Of a stretch of DNA of 64,000 nt, positions 63,459-64,000 are shown piece after piece; position 1 is the stretch's first letter, and each line of letters starts with the position of its first letter. The position numbers and the translations under genes are program-made. The stretch comes from an uncultured archaeon (GTDB lineage: Archaea; Iainarchaeota; Iainarchaeia; Iainarchaeales; JAAZKV01), in contig CABMEU010000024.1 in assembly GCA_902385225.1 (NCBI GenBank), forward strand, positions 5,606 through 69,605, in the 5' to 3' direction. The notes beneath the pieces are model-generated. The model did no database searches, had not been told where the DNA came from, and worked only from the letters and a program-made list of their open reading frames with translations.

Positions 63459-63507
63459 AAAAAAATTAGTAATAGTGTGCTTGGGAGTCTAGTCCAAACT
63501 CAAGCAC
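63459..63507 (-). terminator. hairpin plus T7 tract downstream of the PRC-barrel gene
   Basis: GTGCTTGGG (63477-63485) pairs with CTCAAGCAC (63499-63507). On the minus strand the hairpin is followed by TATTACTAATTTTTTT (A-run 63459-63465 on the plus strand). Confidence 0.4.
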
Positions 63508-63533
63508 TCTCGTGCTTGGTCTGGTTTTAAACA

Positions 63534-63809
63534 TTAATCCTTTTTCTGAGCTTCTTCTAGGATTTCTCTCTCATCAACAATGAACACATCGCTCACTGCT
63601 GTTACTGAGGAGTATGGCACTTCAATTAATTTGTCCACTTTCCCTAGTTTTGATAGAAGTCTGGATGTTCTGTCTACTTCAACGACCAAGAACTCTATGT
63701 CCCCGCCAACTTCGGATACGATTATGTCAACCAATTTGCCAACTTCGTCTCCTCTGTTAGTGATTACTCTTTTGGATGCTAGCTGTCTAGCGATTGTGTA
63801 TTTGTACAT
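63534..63809 (-). CDS. PRC-barrel domain protein
   Basis: VITNRGDEVGKLVDIIVSEVGGDIEFLVVEV is the typical PRC-barrel pattern. 91 aa. Confidence 0.72.
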   Translation of the reverse strand: MYKYTIARQLASKRVITNRGDEVGKLVDIIVSEVGGDIEFLVVEVDRTSRLLSKLGKVDKLIEVPYSSVTAVSDVFIVDEREILEEAQKKD

Positions 63810-64000
63810 TTTTTGACACCTGTAAAAACTTTAACAGATAGAAAGTCTAACTTCTTTATAAACATTTCCCCTGGAAAAAGCGAACTAAAAGAGGTTATGT
63901 ATTCTTCATTCCGAAGTGCAAAAATGAACTGTTGTCCGAGAAAGGTTGTGAAAAGATGAAATCTGGCTTATGTAGAGATACATAAATAGTGGGTCATTTC

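Noticed and set aside
63477-63507. 9-bp stem hairpin considered as a small ncRNA or tRNA remnant
   Set aside because: There are no tRNA features. On the minus strand it is followed by a T7 run just downstream of the PRC-barrel gene, so a terminator is the simpler explanation.
63855-63959. TATA-like box (TTTATAAA, 63855) followed by AAAAAGCGAA and a 20-codon ORF (MYSSFRSAKMNCCPRKVVKR)
   Set aside because: The ORF is too short and lies at the window edge. The CGAA spacing (26 nt) differs from the three modules (22 nt), and the 13-mer is absent.

Overview
This is an archaeal chromosomal window and it is almost entirely coding. The archaeal call rests on TATA-box-like promoters, a recurrent GTGAT-N5-ATG Shine-Dalgarno context, the archaeal-type mevalonate pathway, DTD2, geranylgeranyl reductase, four-subunit POR and ADP-forming acetyl-CoA synthetase.

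Content from left to right:
- A bacterial-type grpE-dnaK-dnaJ operon with a divergent wHTH gene.
- A 6.8-kb gene for a 2280-aa membrane-anchored surface protein.
- Housekeeping genes: dus, purF, acetyl-CoA synthetase (ADP-forming), an alpha/beta-hydrolase::DTD2 fusion, rdgB, an HD protein, an RlmN-like radical SAM enzyme and two histidine phosphatases.
- A porGDAB operon.
- An eight-gene leuABCD-ilvBNCD operon.
- A 12-kb co-directional cluster with the complete archaeal mevalonate pathway: class II-like HMGR, HMGS, thiolase, DUF35, MVK, UbiX, UbiD-like decarboxylase, AcnX large and small subunits, and IPK.
- NAD kinase, a GltD-like oxidoreductase and an orphan LivK-like binding protein.
- IDI2 and GGPP synthase, a RecJ-like DHH protein, and a ferredoxin plus geranylgeranyl reductase pair.
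- Two paralogous methyltransferases flanking a truncated NFACT-N gene, and a PRC-barrel protein.

I saw no rRNA, tRNA, CRISPR array, transposase or integrase.

Most noteworthy observations:
1. A Leu/Val/Ile-rich 23-codon mini-ORF upstream of leuA whose codons form the 5' arm of a hairpin followed by a T-tract. This is a candidate leader-peptide attenuator.
2. A 46-bp TATA-plus-ACGRCAATTGACG module present three times with identical internal spacing.
3. A set of basic, uncharacterised ORFs wedged into otherwise canonical operons (por, HMGS-thiolase-DUF35, GGPPS-IDI2). They share short N-terminal motifs with each other and with the two methyltransferase paralogs.

All function calls come from reading motifs in the translations. 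No database search was possible.
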